DNA of 63,908 nucleotides from Octopus bimaculoides. Lineage: Eukaryota. Position 1 is the first letter of the stretch; each line of letters begins with the position of its first letter. The notes beneath the pieces are model-generated. The model was not told where the DNA came from. It saw only the letters and a list, made by a program, of their open reading frames with translations, and made no database searches. The position numbers were made by a program, and so were the translations under genes. Of this stretch, positions 27,631 through 42,495 are shown piece after piece. The stretch covers positions 95,621,391 through 95,685,298 of the forward strand of contig NC_068981.1 in NCBI RefSeq assembly GCF_001194135.2, written 5' to 3'.

Positions 27631-29206
27631 TGAGCAGTAAACATAAGCACTGCTAATATGTTATATCTATATTTTATTAATTACGCAAACTGCTATCACT
27701 GAAAAACCATTGCTAGATATAGATCAATTATTTGGCAGGACTGAATATTCTCATTCACACTGGTTCAGCATACAAAAATACATTCATAAGGGTGAGTGTA
27801 TAAATTGACTGACTAATGCTGAAAGAGGCTGCAACCATTTTGAACAGAATTTTACAGCAGTGTGGACGTATGTGTGTGTCACAGATGAAAGAGTGAACTG
27901 TGAAATATTTCACAAATAAAGAATCAATTCACATTGAACAGACATTTGCTTTCCAAAAATGGTGCATAGCAGTAATAGTGCTGCATTAAGTCAGACACCA
28001 TTTCCAGTAGCTTTATATACACACACACATACAAATTGCTGAAGTATTTCTTGAAGATCTATAGCATCTTGTTTAGGGGGTCAAAGGCACTGCACCTATT
28101 AAAACAGGGAGTAAGGATCATAAATGTTATGGTTTAGACTTTTATCTATGGTTTAATGCATGTGTTTGAATGTGTGTATATACATGTACCTGTATACAGA
28201 TACATCTACACAGCCTGTCAACTCATTAGAATAGGGATATTTAGAGAATCTGGAATTACGAAACAACCACCTCCACACATACACACATTGAAATAGAAAC
28301 CATGAAAATTTGGTTGTATTTTGATATTCAGTTTTAGTTTTCTGACTTTACATTTAGGAATTTACTCAGAACTGGGGAAAGAGAGAAAGAGAGAGTATGG
28401 GGACTGGCATACACTTGCACACTCATATATATTTACACACATACATGAGCAGCCTTTGCACCAGTTAAAGACCTTCGATTTCCCAGGCAGTAACGTGTCC
28501 GAGTACAAAACATGAAGGTTTGATTGTATTTTGGCACCCTAATTATAGTTCTCCTCATTTACACTTGGAGTTTATGCCTCCATATTTTTAATAAGTTAGC
28601 ATAAGCCCATACATGTGAGTATGTATATTAATTCCTCAAGGTTCCTAGTGTACTACTGAATCTCTTGATTAAGCTTTATTTATTCAAGCAGATCAAAAAA
28701 TGGATGATATTCCCCACACCCTATCACCTGCTGCTATAAAAAAGATGGGAAGTCAACTGCTAGGTGGATGCTCACTGCCTGCAGCCTACAGGGTTTTTAT
28801 AAAAGTTTTTGACTCAATATGCAGCTGTGCTGCTTACAAATGTTACAAAGAAAACCATAGTAACTGTGCCTAATTAGCAGATTAATCAGGAGTACACTCG
28901 GGCAATGAATAGAAGTTGTGACTTCAAATTTCAATGTGTTCTCTCAAAAGATTTCTTTTAACAATGAAATCTCGAAAATGTTTCACTAAGAATATGATTG
29001 CCCTTGAAAAAGCTATCAATATCATTACAGTACATTTTCCTCTTTCCAATAAATATTCTAATTTATCATGTCTTAAGATAGTAGTATTTTGCATATGCTA
29101 GAAATCAAACACACTACAATCATGATTCATTACCAGTTCTATTTTTAAGGCTGTCATGAACAAGGTGTATAGTTCAGTTACAACTTGGAAGCCATATACT
29201 TATAGT

Positions 29207-29263
<57 letters not shown>

Positions 29264-30520
29264 CGTATTGATACACATATGCACCTACAATAGCAGTCTT
29301 TGCATTAATTAAAATAAAAATGACTAAAGATCTTGGACTTCACAGACAGAAATGTGCTAAACTGACACATGCAGATAGGAAAGTCTAAATTATCAATAAT
29401 GAAACTGCTTAGCAAAATGTATTGAAATTTTAATATCTTCAATAATCCTCTTACTGCAGTACGACTTACATGTATTACAACTAATAAATGCTCATTAACT
29501 TTTTATGACATGATATTGCAGGGAAATTTTTTTTTTTTCAAAGTCCATTTTGCACCACCTAAAATCTACTGTCACTGCTGACACTTATGTCATAGGTTCA
29601 TGTGTCACTGGTTTAAAAGCCATACAGGAATAGTAAAGAAAATTATGATGATGATAATGATGAATCAATGATATAGAATAATTGTGCTGCATATGGAGAC
29701 TAACAACTCAATATTTAATCTAAAGTAGTAGGACACATTTTCAAGTTACACATAACAAAAAATATCTGTTCCTTTCACAAGAGAACTATTTCAACCAAGA
29801 GGCCATTAATCTGGTGTCATTCAATCTGATTCTCACTGGAATTTACAAAAAATTTGATAGTATATGCTATAATTAAGAAAGCAGAGTGTATATAGAAGGC
29901 ATAGCAGGAACATAATTTGCCTGCTTCAATAAACCTTTCATTAAACTACAGCTATAAGTGATAGCAGAGGAAAAAGGAAAACAAAATTTGCACTACACAC
30001 TAAGATTGGTTTCAAATTTTGGCGGAGTGGGTAAGTCAGTTACATGAACCCCAGTGTTCCACTGGTATTTATTTTTATGACCCCGAAAAGATGAAAGGCA
30101 AAATCAACCCCAGCAGAATTTGAATTCTGAACATGAAGACAAATGAAATGCTGCTAAGCATTTTGCCTGACATGCTAACAATTCTGCCAGGGTGCTGCCT
30201 TGGCTACACACTAATATTAACAACATAAAACTATCCCAATTATGAAGGGAGGGGGCCTTTATATGATCACTTGGTCTACTAGAAATAGCAGTCAAATTTC
30301 CCTCAACTCACATTTTACTGACTTACATGAAGGAAAGACACATTAGATAATCCAGCTCTATTTACACACACACGCACACACATATATTTGTATGTGTGTG
30401 TGTGTGCAAATGAGACAGCTGGTGGTGGCTCCAGTTTAATAACTGAGAACCACCTCAGTTGAAATCCTAGGCATGCCCATGCTCCCATTAAAAACATGAG
30501 ACTGTCATGACCAACATTAC

Positions 30521-30733
30521 CTGTAAGCTGTGTGATCATGCATGCACACCTGTTTTACAACTAGCACGCAAAAGAAAAAAAAATGTATGCAAAAAACATT
30601 TTAAAAATGAAATCAAATTTTTGTAATTGAATAAAGTACTTGTGTGATTTCAAAATAAAACCTTAGATAATACATACATAGGAGTAGTATTCTTCCACTT
30701 ACCTAGTAAATATGGCATTTGAACAATGGTTAT
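30521..30733 (-). CDS. Two candidate small exons (30703-30733 and 30521-30560) of the same putative gene
   Basis: Donors TAG|GTAAGT (30703) and CAG|GTAATG (30521); acceptors cccccatgcag| and ttttttttcttttgcgtgctag|. One phase-compatible reading is ITIVQMPYLL-V-VKQVCMHDHTAY. The exons are short, so chance compatibility is plausible. Confidence 0.25.
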
Positions 30734-31699
30734 CTGCATGGGGGCACACATACTTTACAATGACAAAATATGCATACAAGTGCAACAAAAGAATTCAGGA
30801 ACATAGGCCATGACTAGAAAAAAATGTTAATCATAAGTCTATTCAATTAGTGTTGATTAGGAAGCTCAACACCAACTATACAAATTGTGAATAAAATGGG
30901 CACTTTTACCAAGAGCTGCCTTGGCTTACTTAATATAAATTAGTCAAACCTCTCAAGCCCCTTCCATGCCATTCTTTAAGACAGAGTTCACATATCTTAG
31001 AGTTAATAACATGATGGCCATAACAAGGAACTCTGTATAAAATGTTTCATTTAATCAACTACCTTCATTACTGACTGAAATCATTCAACTCCAACTACTA
31101 TTGCATTGACTGCTGCTTATTCACCCACTCTTTCTGTTTCTCAATCCCTCTTGTATTCACTCTGTACCTAGAGGTATGCCCTCAGCATCTCTCTCTCTCC
31201 AGTTGAGGAAAGTCACATATCTCCTCTTCAGCAAGACATCTATTTCTGTCCTCCTATCATACTTTCTTGACTTCTTTCAATACTATGACCTGCTCAGTTT
31301 GGTGATGAGCAAATGTGACAGCACATTTCCACCGAATACAGAAAATTTACCCCAGCTTAGGACACGTTTAAATATAGAGCTACCTTTATCAAATCAGCTT
31401 TACATGATATGTGGTGCCATAAATGCTAATGTGTTGCCTATGTTTCTGTTGGCTGGAAGTCAGAACAAAATATGAAGATACATCTCTCCCCGACCTGGTG
31501 TTTCTTTAAAAATGACCATCTAGTTCAGTAGAAAGGAACTTGTACTATCATATAATAGTGAAGTTAGCCTAATGAGTTTGGCAGATACAGTTATCTTCAG
31601 CATCACAACCAGCAAACAATATGGCATTCGTATGGCATGGGTGGCAGCCTCTAGAGGCTGATAAAAATAATACAGCATTATGTGTTTTGTGTCTTAGCA

Positions 31700-31985
31700 C
31701 CCAACCTTTTCCCATTTTATTTTAGTCCCGTACTTGAAGTTTTGAGGAGCACCAAGATGGCATCAATTTCCACATGGATAACAAGATGGTTGATATCAGA
31801 AAATGGATAGCCAAGATAGAGTGTGAAAATAACTTTACAGCATATTATTGCACCACTGTTGTGCACTCAGAAGGCTTACAAGCACTTACAAATGAACTTA
31901 ACAGAGTGACAATCAACCATAGCATTTTGATCAGCACTGAAAATTGCAAACAAAGACACTGCTTGTCTGACCAGATGCTCATTTA
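31700..31985 (+). mobile_element. Highly degenerate RTE (BovB-like) RT fragment
   Basis: DGINFHMDNKMVDIRKWIAK...FTAYYCTTVVHSEGLQALTNEL resembles RTE-BovB GI.IRYRTDGKLFNLRRL.AK...LLFADDCALVAHSE..LQ. Confidence 0.5.
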
Positions 31986-32280
31986 CAATTAGCACATCAA
32001 TGTCAAGATGAGAAGATATACAAACACATATACACACAATGGGTTTCTTAGTTTCCATCATGCACTCACACGACAAGGTGCTAAGCAGTGGGGACTGAAC
32101 CTGAAACCACATGACTGCAAAGCAAATTTCTTAACCACAAAGCCATGCTATTTTTAATGTGTCTAACTACCACGTAAAGGTCCAACTTATTGTTTTCATA
32201 CATATATATATAAATATACAAGACTGAAGAATGTGATTAAAAAGAGATTTGGCTGCTATTTCTAACATCTATCTACCACA

Positions 32281-32684
32281 TATATTCTTTTACTTGTTTC
32301 AGTCATTTGACTGTGGCTATGCTGGACCACCACCTTAAAGGATTTTTAGTTGAAGAAATTGACTCAAGGACTAATTCTTTGTAAGCCTAGTACTTATTCT
32401 ATCAGGTTCCTTTGCCAAACTGCTAAGTTACGGAGACATAAAAATACCAGCATCAGTTGTCAAGCGATGGCGATGGTGGGGAAACAAACACAGACACACA
32501 CACACAGATATATACATATATACGATGGGCTTCTTTCAGGTTCCGTCTACTAAATCCACTCACAAGGCTTTGGTCTGTCTGAGGCTATTGTATAAGACAC
32601 TTGCCTAAGATGCCACGCAATGGGGCTGAACTTGGAACCACGTGGTTAGGCAGCAAGCTTCTTACCATACAACCACTCCTGCAC

Positions 32685-32690
<6 letters not shown>
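32281..32690 (-). mobile_element. tRNA-derived SINE family A, full length
   Basis: Reverse complement of the same head, body and tail. Further decayed copies at about 1906-2070, 21220-21590, 31990-32150, 39000-39180, 39770-40080 and 43525-43690. Confidence 0.8.
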
Positions 32691-32725
<35 letters not shown>

Positions 32726-33334
32726 TATAATCAATACATTAGGGCTGGAGGGAAATTTTGCAACCCATTGAAGCATACACTAAGAGTAGCCTTGGGTTAC
32801 ATAATTAAAAAAAATGGAACTTCTGTTAGTAGGACACTATGTTTAATGCATTCAGAATATAAAAATTAACATCAGTTATTGTACTATATAGGAAGCTTCA
32901 TATTTAAGTGTTTCAATATTTGGAAATAACGTTTCCAGATCAGGCTGTTTGTTAATAATTTTGTATGTAAATTCTTTTAATTTTGTACTGTTTTACTGGG
33001 TTCACTGTTGTCTTAGTCAGTCAGAAAATAGGATAGTTTTCAGTAAACAACTTTGAAAATGAATATCAAAAACAGTGACTTTGTAATTTCCACAATGTCG
33101 ACTTTACACTAGGTGCACTTTTACAGCCTGCCTAATATAGATCAATGGTCACATCTGAATATGCTCTTAAAAAAAAAAAAATTATTTGTTAATGTCAAGG
33201 GTATATGAATTGTTTCAATACATTAAATACAGCAATTATTATAAATCTAACCCTATCACACTTTTACACCCAATACACCATAATTCTAAAAATATTAAGT
33301 GTATATTATACACATGACATATTTTATAGACATC

Positions 33335-33489
33335 TCTGAATGGTTGGCGTTAGGAAGAGCATCCAGCTGTAGAAACTCTGCCAAATCAGATTGGAGCCTG
33401 GTGTAGCCATCTGGTTTCACCAGTCCTCAGTCAAATCGTCCAACCCATGCTAGCATGGAAAGCGGACGTTAAACGACGACGACGACGAT
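33335..33489 (+). mobile_element. RTE 3'-tail fragment (young copy)
   Basis: Near-identical to 18325-18486; ends in (GAC)n. Older tails of the same kind at about 33614-33800, 43815-43980, 50960-51045, 58785-58850 and 62480-62650. Confidence 0.85.
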
Positions 33490-33842
33490 TTCATTTTACA
33501 CAATTTAGTCTGTACATTATACATAGGTGTGTTTTGTACATAGATAAATACAGAATATAATGATAGACATTACAAGCATCAGTTTAAGATAGAAAAGAGG
33601 AACAAGCATAGCGACATCATCATCATTTAACTTCTGTTTTCCATGCTGGCATGGGGTAGATGGCTTAACGGGATCTGGCAAATTATAGGGCTGCACTGAG
33701 CTCCACTGTTAGCTTTGATTTGCTTTCTACAGTTAGATACCCTTGCTAACACCAACCACTTTTCAGTGTGTAGTGGGTGTCACTAGCACTAGTGAGGTCA
33801 CCAAGTAAGTTGCAAGACAGAAAAAAGGGAAAAGTCCTCATG

Positions 33843-33877
<35 letters not shown>

Positions 33878-35629
33878 GGAGAATATTAGAGAGGAGAAAG
33901 TGGTTTCATGTGAAGTGTTGAGAGGTTAAATTATGACAGGAGTTCAAGCATAGGTGTCTTGCTATAGAGGTGATCTATGGCTACACCACATAATATAAGA
34001 GTGAGTAGAAGTAACTAGAAAGATGAAAATAAAGATGGTAGTGATGGGGTGTCAAAGCAAACCTGAGGTACAAGAAGGTGAGCATGAGAGAGGACACAGT
34101 CAGCAGATCAGGAGCGAAGGGCAGGGTGGGTCTCAAATATAAAAAGTTTAAATGATGCTTAGCAATATATTTACTCAGCAGATGAAAACATGATATAGTT
34201 ACTGTAGTATAATTACCTATAATGAATTTACCAGATATTGAAGAAGAAACAGAGTTGGCCAAAGCAATATTTGAACTAAGAATCATTTAGAAAATCTAAC
34301 AAATTAAAGAAATGAAGAAAAAAAAAAAAAAAAAANNNNNNNNNNNNNNNNNNNNNNNNNNNNNNNNNNNNNNNNNNNNNNNNNNNNNNNNNNNNNNNNN
34401 NNNNNNNNNNNNNNNNNNNNNNNNNNNNNNNNNNNNNNNNNNNNNNNNNNNNNNNNNNNNNNNNNNNNNNNNNNNNNNNNNNNNNNNNNNNNNNNNNNNN
34501 NNNNNNNNNNNNNNNNNNNNNNNNNNNNNNNNNNNNNNNNNNNNNNNNNNNNNNNNNNNNNNNNNNNNNNNNNNNNNNNNNNNNNNNNNNNNNNNNNNNN
34601 NNNNNNNNNNNNNNNNNNNNNNNNNNNNNNNNNNNNNNNNNNNNNNNNNNNNNNNNNNNNNNNNNNNNNNNNNNNNNNNNNNNNNNNNNNNNNNNNNNNN
34701 NNNNNNNNNNNNNNNNNNNNNNNNNNNNNNNNNNNNNNNNNNNNNNNNNNNNNNNNNNNNNNNNNNNNNNNNNNCTATAATAATAGCTTTTAATTTTCAA
34801 ATATGAATATGAGAAATTTATACATGATGTATTTAAAATACAAGTTGTTTATTTTATTTAAAAATACACAAGAGTAATTATAATTCTAAAGTGTTATATT
34901 ACTGGTCATAAATTCACAAAATCAAACGCCTATATACTGCAAAGCTTTCTGATTACATCAATTTGTTAAGTAGAAAAATGAGTTATTTTCAGTTTAAATA
35001 CAAGAGTTATAATGATCCTTTCTACTACAGACACAAAGTTTGAAATTCTGTGAGAGGAGGCTAGTCAATTACATTAATCCTGGTGCTTGACTGGTACCTA
35101 TTTTATCGACCCAAAAGGATGGAAGGCAAAGTTAACCTAGGCAGTATTTCAACTGAACTGAAAGCCTAAAGCTGGAAGGAATTCTGTTAAACATTTTGTC
35201 TGGTGTGCAAAGGACTCTGCCAACTCACTACCTTTATGAGAGATACAATAATAATGGAACTTTCCGTGGTTCTAATTTCATGTTATGTTTCCATTCATAC
35301 CTAGCTTCCACGGGTCCAATCTCTGATTGCTGTCAGTGTATCTTTTTTTTTTTGAATGAGTAAGCTACCTTTCATTTTGAAATACAGGTTTTGATTTCAA
35401 ATTCAGCCTGGGACAGTATGTACTCAAGAGTAGGGCAGCTGATGATAAGCAAAGAAAGATTAGGACAATGTGTAAACAGAAACAAAAAAGATGAGGTTAA
35501 TATTTCAGAATAATCTAATTAAGAAAAATAGGAGTTATTCATTATTTATGAAATCTTAGCAAAATTTGGTGCCCTCTTTCAAACACACCAAAAATCATTG
35601 GAAACAACTACACCTTGAATAGTTGTATG

Positions 35630-38600
35630 CATCATCATCACCATCATTTAACGTCTGCCTTCCATGCTAGCATGGGTGGGACAGTTTTACAAGAGCCCAA
35701 ATTTCAGTGACTGTTTTGGTAGGATTTTTGCAGCTGGATGCCCTTCCTAACACCAGCCACTTAGCAGAGTGGACTTAGTACTTTTTACGTGGCACCTGCA
35801 CTGACAGAGTCACCAAGTACTTGTAAGACAAAAAACAAAAAAAACCTTTCAAGAGGGGAGGGAGTGCTGGAGGAGGTGATCTTGTGTTGGATGATGAAAG
35901 GTTATTGTGAGACAGAGAGAGGTATCTTGCTGTAGAGGAAGTTCAAGGTTACCCAGACAGAGAGAGAGAGATTAAGAATGAAGGCAGAAACCGCAAAGGA
36001 AATACATAGTTACCCAACCTGAGGGAAGTGCAGGAAAGAGTGAAAGACAACAAGAGAGAGATGGTTGCAAAATACCAGGCATACTCACAAGAGACGGGAA
36101 TCAGAATATAAATGCGATGGTTGAGTAAAGGAAGAGAGAGATATAGATGGTAGCAAGTGCCAGGGCATATCCTTGAGGTTTGAACGCCATAATATAAGTG
36201 TCAGGATATTGCTAAGGAAGTGTGATTAAAGAGTGCAGAGTGGGGGGAGGAGAGTGAGTGGCGAAAACCTGGGTATATATAGAGTCGGGGACCTACCGGA
36301 TAGTAATGATACAGTGGAACATGGCCATAAGAACAGGATTGGGGAGTGGGAGCTAGGCATAGTGTATGAAGGAGGAAATGTGAGGAAGTGAAGAGATGTG
36401 GAGATGTAGATTGGTTTCTTCGGGTAGGGTGAGTGAAAAATTTTCTTGCTACGTGTGGGTGGAACACACGGGTTGGAGGCTAGCAGAGAGCAATGATACA
36501 GTGGCACAGGGCCAAGAGGACAGGATAGGGGAGTGGGAGGTAAGCATAGTGCATGAAGCGGAAATGTGAGGAAGAGAAGAAATGTAGAGACGTAATTTGG
36601 TTTGTTGTGGTAGTGTGTGTGAGTAGTTTTCTTGTTGAGTATGGGTAGGACACACAGCGCTTCCAGAACTCAGTTTTGCTGAGGTGGGCAGGTCTTCTCT
36701 AGAACTTCATATCACCAGACATCTCGGTCCATTGTCATTTCCTCTGTGAGGCTCAACATCCTGAGATTGGTCCTTACCACTTCATCCCACGTCTTCCTGG
36801 GTCTCCCTTCTTCCATGGGTACCATCCACTTTCAGTGATCGGCACTTCTTTATGCAGCTGTCCTCATTCATATGCATCACCTGTCCAAACCAACATAGTC
36901 TTCTTCTCACTTGCATGCTGCATTTGATTCCTCTTATGCCCAACTTTTCTCTCAATACATCTGCACTTAGCCGTACATGTGCACTGATACACATCCAACA
37001 GAGCATACCACCTTCACATCACTCCAGTCTACACATGTCTTCTGCATTCACAGCCCATGTCTCACTACCATGGAGTACAGCCATTCGCATACAAGTATCA
37101 TATAGTCTACCTTTCACTCTAAGAAAGCCCTTTTGTTGCCAATAGAGATAATAGCTCGCTGAACTTCCCCCACCCAATTCTTATTCTAGAAACAATACTT
37201 TCAGAGTGTCGTCCATTATTGCTAATTTGGTCACCTGGGTAACAGAAACTATCTACAACCTCAAGAGAGCCTCCTGAGCATTTGAGAGAACCTTAGTCCC
37301 ATGTGCTCTTAGTGCTTATTGTTCCTGCACATCTGCCACATACAAAGACAACTTTATCTGTTAATTTACCCGTGATTCCACTGCACCTCTTCTGTGTCCA
37401 TAGTTTACACTGGGTGCAGTGAATGGAATTTCTTCCAACTCCTTTCATACATATTGTGCAGGGCCATTTACTTGATGGAAAGAGAGTTTTATCTTCTTTC
37501 TTACTAACAACAACTTTAGTCTTAGCTAGGTTAACTTTAAGGCCCTTTGATTTCAGGTTTTGTTTCCATACCTGGAATTTCTTCTCCAATTCTACTAAGG
37601 ATTTTGCAATAAGAGCAGGATCATCAGCATATAGTAGTTCCTATGTGTACTCAGTTTTGAATTCCTCTGTTATGGCCTGGAGGACTATAATAATAGTGAG
37701 CTGAGAACTGAGCCCTACCTGTGCGCTAAATTCATCACTGTATTCATGGTTGACTCTCACTTACTGACAGCACCACTGTAATGGTTTGTACAGCGCTAAC
37801 AAGCCACTCCTCTACCCCTAACTTCTTTAGAGATCATCATATAACAGAGCAGGGAACTCTGTTGGAAGCTTTCTCCAGGTTGACGAAGTACAATGGCTTA
37901 CTTTTGGCCAAGTACTTTTCCTGCAGCTATCTCATTAGAGTGATGGCATCTGTGGTACTTTTCCCAGGTACAAAACCAAACTGCATCTCATCTAGTTTAA
38001 TTCTATTTCTAATCAATTGATCTATAACCCTCTCAGTAACTTTCATGACTTGGTCTAGCAATTTAATGCCTCTGTAGTTGTTTCTATCTAAAGCATCACC
38101 TTTACCTTTGTAGCAGCTAACTATAATACTTCTACTACTACAGTCATTAGGGATGGTGCTTCCTGAATAACCTGATTAACTATATGGGTGACTAAGCTGT
38201 ATCCTACACCACCAGAAATTTTAATCATCTCGGCAGTGATTCCCAATGGCCCTGGGGCTTTCTCTGTCTTCATGTTCTTAATTGCCTTATCTATTATGCT
38301 GCTATCAACTCTGATGGCTAGTCCCTCAATTGGTTCGATATTTGGTATGCTCTCCTTCTCCCATTCATTTTCCACATTTAGTAACCTTTCATAGTGACAC
38401 TTCCATGCATCTTTGTTCTCTGAGTCACTAAGTGCAAGCATACCATTATCCATTCGCACATGTTTCTCACTTACTACATCTCTAATCTATCTGATACACT
38501 GCTTTGCAATCCTGAACATCTCTGATCTTTACACTGTAGAACATTTGCAAATCTCCTTACTTTCAGCTATTCCTTTTGCTATGTATACCTGACACCTAGC

Positions 38601-38745
38601 TGCCCTTTTGGCTACCGGATATAATTCTCTGCTTACACCATTTTCCCGGTCTTTTCAGGCCTGTCGTTTTGCTTTTATAGCACTGTCAACCTCCTAGCTC
38701 CACCACCATGTTACTCTTGGTCTAGTTGGGATGTATGTGTATATA
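35630..38745 (-). mobile_element. About 3.1-kb 5'-truncated, frameshifted RTE-clade LINE
   Basis: ORF fragments KNMKTEKAPGPLGITAEM (38121-38459), KFQVWKQNLKSKGLKVNLAKTKV...WPCTICMKGVGRNS (37293-37589) and RLCWFGQVMHMNEDSCIKKC (36782-37006). Purine-rich 3' UTR ending in the shared RTE tail at 35630-35830. Confidence 0.9.
36305..36660. repeat. Diverged tandem duplication, about 186-bp purine-rich unit, in the RTE 3' region
   Basis: Units start aatgatacagtgg at about 36306 and 36492 and share ggggagtgggag and gaaatgtgaggaag blocks. Confidence 0.7.
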
Positions 38746-41700
38746 TTATCACCACTTGATATATATATATATATAGCATCCACTTTTCCAACAGATTTGT
38801 GGCCAGATTGCTCTTCCTATTTATTTATTAAGCCTCAAGTAAGATAATATTTTCCTAGTCCTTTAAACACAAACAGCCCAATGGCCAAACATGATGTCAT
38901 GGAAGGTAGCAAATAACTACATCACTGGTATGATGGTAATATTTGTTTGCAGCTAGTGTATAATGTCAACACAAGGGAGTGGGGAGCACAAACCCACACA
39001 CATGCATACAAATACCAAATACAGTGGGCTTCTTTTAGTCATATTTGTATGCATGTGTGAGTATGGGAGGACTGAGGTTATAGCTAAAAACACTTACCCA
39101 AGGTACTGCACAGTGTGACTAATCTCAAAACCAAATTGTTGCTAAGCAAACTTCTTAACCACAAAGCAATGCATGTGCCTATATATGTGTGTGTGTACAA
39201 TGCATGTGCCTATATGTGCATATACACACACGCTAGCATATGTACGTATTTCTCTCTTTATATATATATATGTCATCTTGAGCAAGTCGATGAGTTGACA
39301 ATTGCCACATGTCATGGTTTCAAAAATGAAACTGATCTCCTCCCTTGGAAGATATGTGTGTCTGCATAAACACACATACACAAACTCAACACGATATTCA
39401 GAACAGCACCTTAGTACTGAAATTTCATTAAGTGTCTAAGTGCTCAATTATATATCCATTGACCTTACACTTACGTAAGTCAATTTGTAAAGCCTATTAC
39501 TACTTCAGTAAGTGGAAACCACTTCTATGATGGACAAAATGAGAAAAGTATTCTGTGAAGAAATGCAAACACAATCACTACAACTGAAGATAATCACAGT
39601 TCAAATCAACTAAAGAACGTTTTTTGAGCAATATCTGGATGAAAGCCAAGTATTTAATGACAGTAATATTTGGATGGAAATTGTGTATTCATAGACAATA
39701 ATATTTGTGAAGTGCCTAGTTGTGATATTTTTGTGTAAGATAGGTGGGTATATTCTGGTGTTTCCGATGGTGTGGATGAGTGATAAGAAGTTTGCTTCCC
39801 AAGTACATGATTCCAGGTTCAGTTCCACTATGTAGTACCTCAGCTAAGTGTCTGCTTTAACTAACCAAAGCCTTGTGAGTGGATTTGGTAGACTGAAACT
39901 GAAAGTGTCTTTATGTTTGTGTTTGTCCCTCACCACCTTATGACAATCAGAGTTGGTTGGTTTACATTTTATAACTTAGTGGTTTGGCAAATAAGACTGA
40001 CCAAATTCATTCAACTAAAACTCTTTAAGGTGGTGCCACAGTCCAATGGCTGAAACAAGTAAGAGATAAATGATAAGAGATCTCATTCTCCAAAAATTTC
40101 TTAGTAGATGGTTTGATCACTGAACTAACATTTGCTGGTTAGAAGACTGAAGGTGACAACTATTTTGTTTGAAATATTGTGATTAGGTTGACTTAACCTT
40201 TCTTTCCTCAGAAAATCAATAACAGCAAGGTAACTAAAATGAGGAATGACTCAAGTTTTGGGTATCAAATTAAGCTCCACTTTTTATTTCTAGCGTTTTT
40301 TTTTTTTTGCTGTTGTTGATGGGTGGCAGAGATTAATTTGATATTGCAACAGATGAATAAGACTGAAATTTAGCAAATGTAATTTTAACTCTGCTTTGTC
40401 AGGCTAATAATGCTGGGACATCACGAATTACAATAATTTCAAAAATTATTAAAAAAAAAACAAAACAAAAGAGAAAGAGAGAGAGAGAAAGAGAGAAAAG
40501 GCTTTATACTATAAAAATGTTTTAAGATATATGATGGTAAAACTTACAGCACAAAAATACATATTAGACTTCTACAGCTTCTTTTGGCTTTTGTAGCTGA
40601 TATGTGTGCATGCATAAGAAGATTCCTGAGCTGACTTTATGCATGTGTTATTTGCATCGCAAATTATATGTTTATTCAAGGGTTCTTCTCAATTTTTTTT
40701 TGCTTTGTATAGCAGGCATCTCTTCCTATAAGCAGTTTTGGTAGCACAGAAAAATCAAAGAGCACTTAATGGACTAAAAAAAAGTGGGCATCATTTGACA
40801 CTAATTGATAATCAACTCAACTGTATGAAGGCAACAGCAGTAGTCAGTTTTATTTTTCATATTCCAATCTTCTTGCAAAGATATTGAAGATTTTTCTATT
40901 ATATAAATGTAGTGAATATGGTTAAAACTTTTCTTTCAACTCAATATCTTCAGTAATAACTAAAGCCAATGAAGAAGTTTCTATGCAATTGTTTGACCAT
41001 CCCAAGATAGTAACCAAATCTTGTTAAAGAAACTTTCCACTGCTTTTAAAATGAATACTAAATCTGCTGTAAACTAAACTCTATGGAGACTATCAAAACA
41101 CACTTAACTAGATAGACAACGATAATTAAAACTTTTAAGACTGGGAGGTGTTCTCTATTTTCATTTAAATTTAGCACTATATATAATATTAGTTGATATA
41201 CGTTTGTGCAGTTAAAAGTCCCACGGTGTAGCACCTTGGGCAAGTATCTTCTGCTATAGCCTTGTGATTGAATTTATTAGGTGGAAGTACCCATCATGTG
41301 TATATATGTGTGTGAAAGTGTTTGTGCCTTCTTTAATAGACAGGAGGGAATATACATTTAACTATAAAAGTCCTATACCATAAATAACTGCAGCTGTTGC
41401 CAAATCCTGAAGTGCCCATAACTGCAATTCCGAAAGAGTTGATTGAAGTAAAATAGCAGGAACTAAGCACACTTCGGTACAATAAACAAAGTTTAATCTC
41501 ATTTTAGAAAGAACTTCCTATTAAAAGACATTCTGTTTGTACCATATACATTTATTTTTTTTGCAGTTTATTGAATGAATTTCTTAAGAACTATTCTATT
41601 TTGATTTTTGAATATCATGGTGATTAATACCTAAAACAGTGGATTAGAGTTCAATATTATATATTTGTAATTAATTCATTACCATTATTAATGATGTAAT

Positions 41701-42495
41701 TAGAAAGAGAAATGTTGTATTGGGAGTAAATAATTAGTGATATTTTAGTGACATTTGTACATACCAACAATCAAAGTTATACCAGGATATATTGATTCTG
41801 AGCAAGAGTGGAGTTATCATATGATTGCATGGATGTTTGCATTAGTGATGTAGGCCCTATAAATGAACTTAGAAACAAAAGCTTATTGAGTAATTTTCTT
41901 CTACTGCTTCCAGTTAATGAAACTTTTTGTCGGAATGAGCAATGAGAGAAGCAAGAGATGAAAGCAGATATCAGAACATTTTTCTTGATGCTTCTAAGTT
42001 ACAGAGACTGCTGGAACACTCATTGAACTCTGAGACAAGAAACCGATGCCCAAAAATTCATATCCCTTAAACATATTTCAAACTACCTTCATATTGTTAA
42101 AGAGCTATATTCAATCTACCTGGGCAAATGAAAGTGATATAAAAGTTGTCAACAAGTAAAACCCATATTCACACTGTACGCCAATGGTAGTTATATCATA
42201 TTAGTAAATCCCGTCCAAATTCATGTCATCATCTACTTCATCATCATAGCTTTTGAATTTTTGCATTTACTTTTTCTATGGTTGTAAAGGTCAGATGGAA
42301 TTCATTGAAGATTTTCTGTAGCTGCATGCCCTTACTTGTTTCTAAACAAGGTAATATTTTCCCATGGCTAGACATGTCTACACAGAAGACTGGAAATGAA
42401 GGACACTACTTGTATGACAATGAGTCAGATATTGCATGATGTCAAAACAAGGAGATACAGCTCCTATTACACACTGACATAACACATATATATGT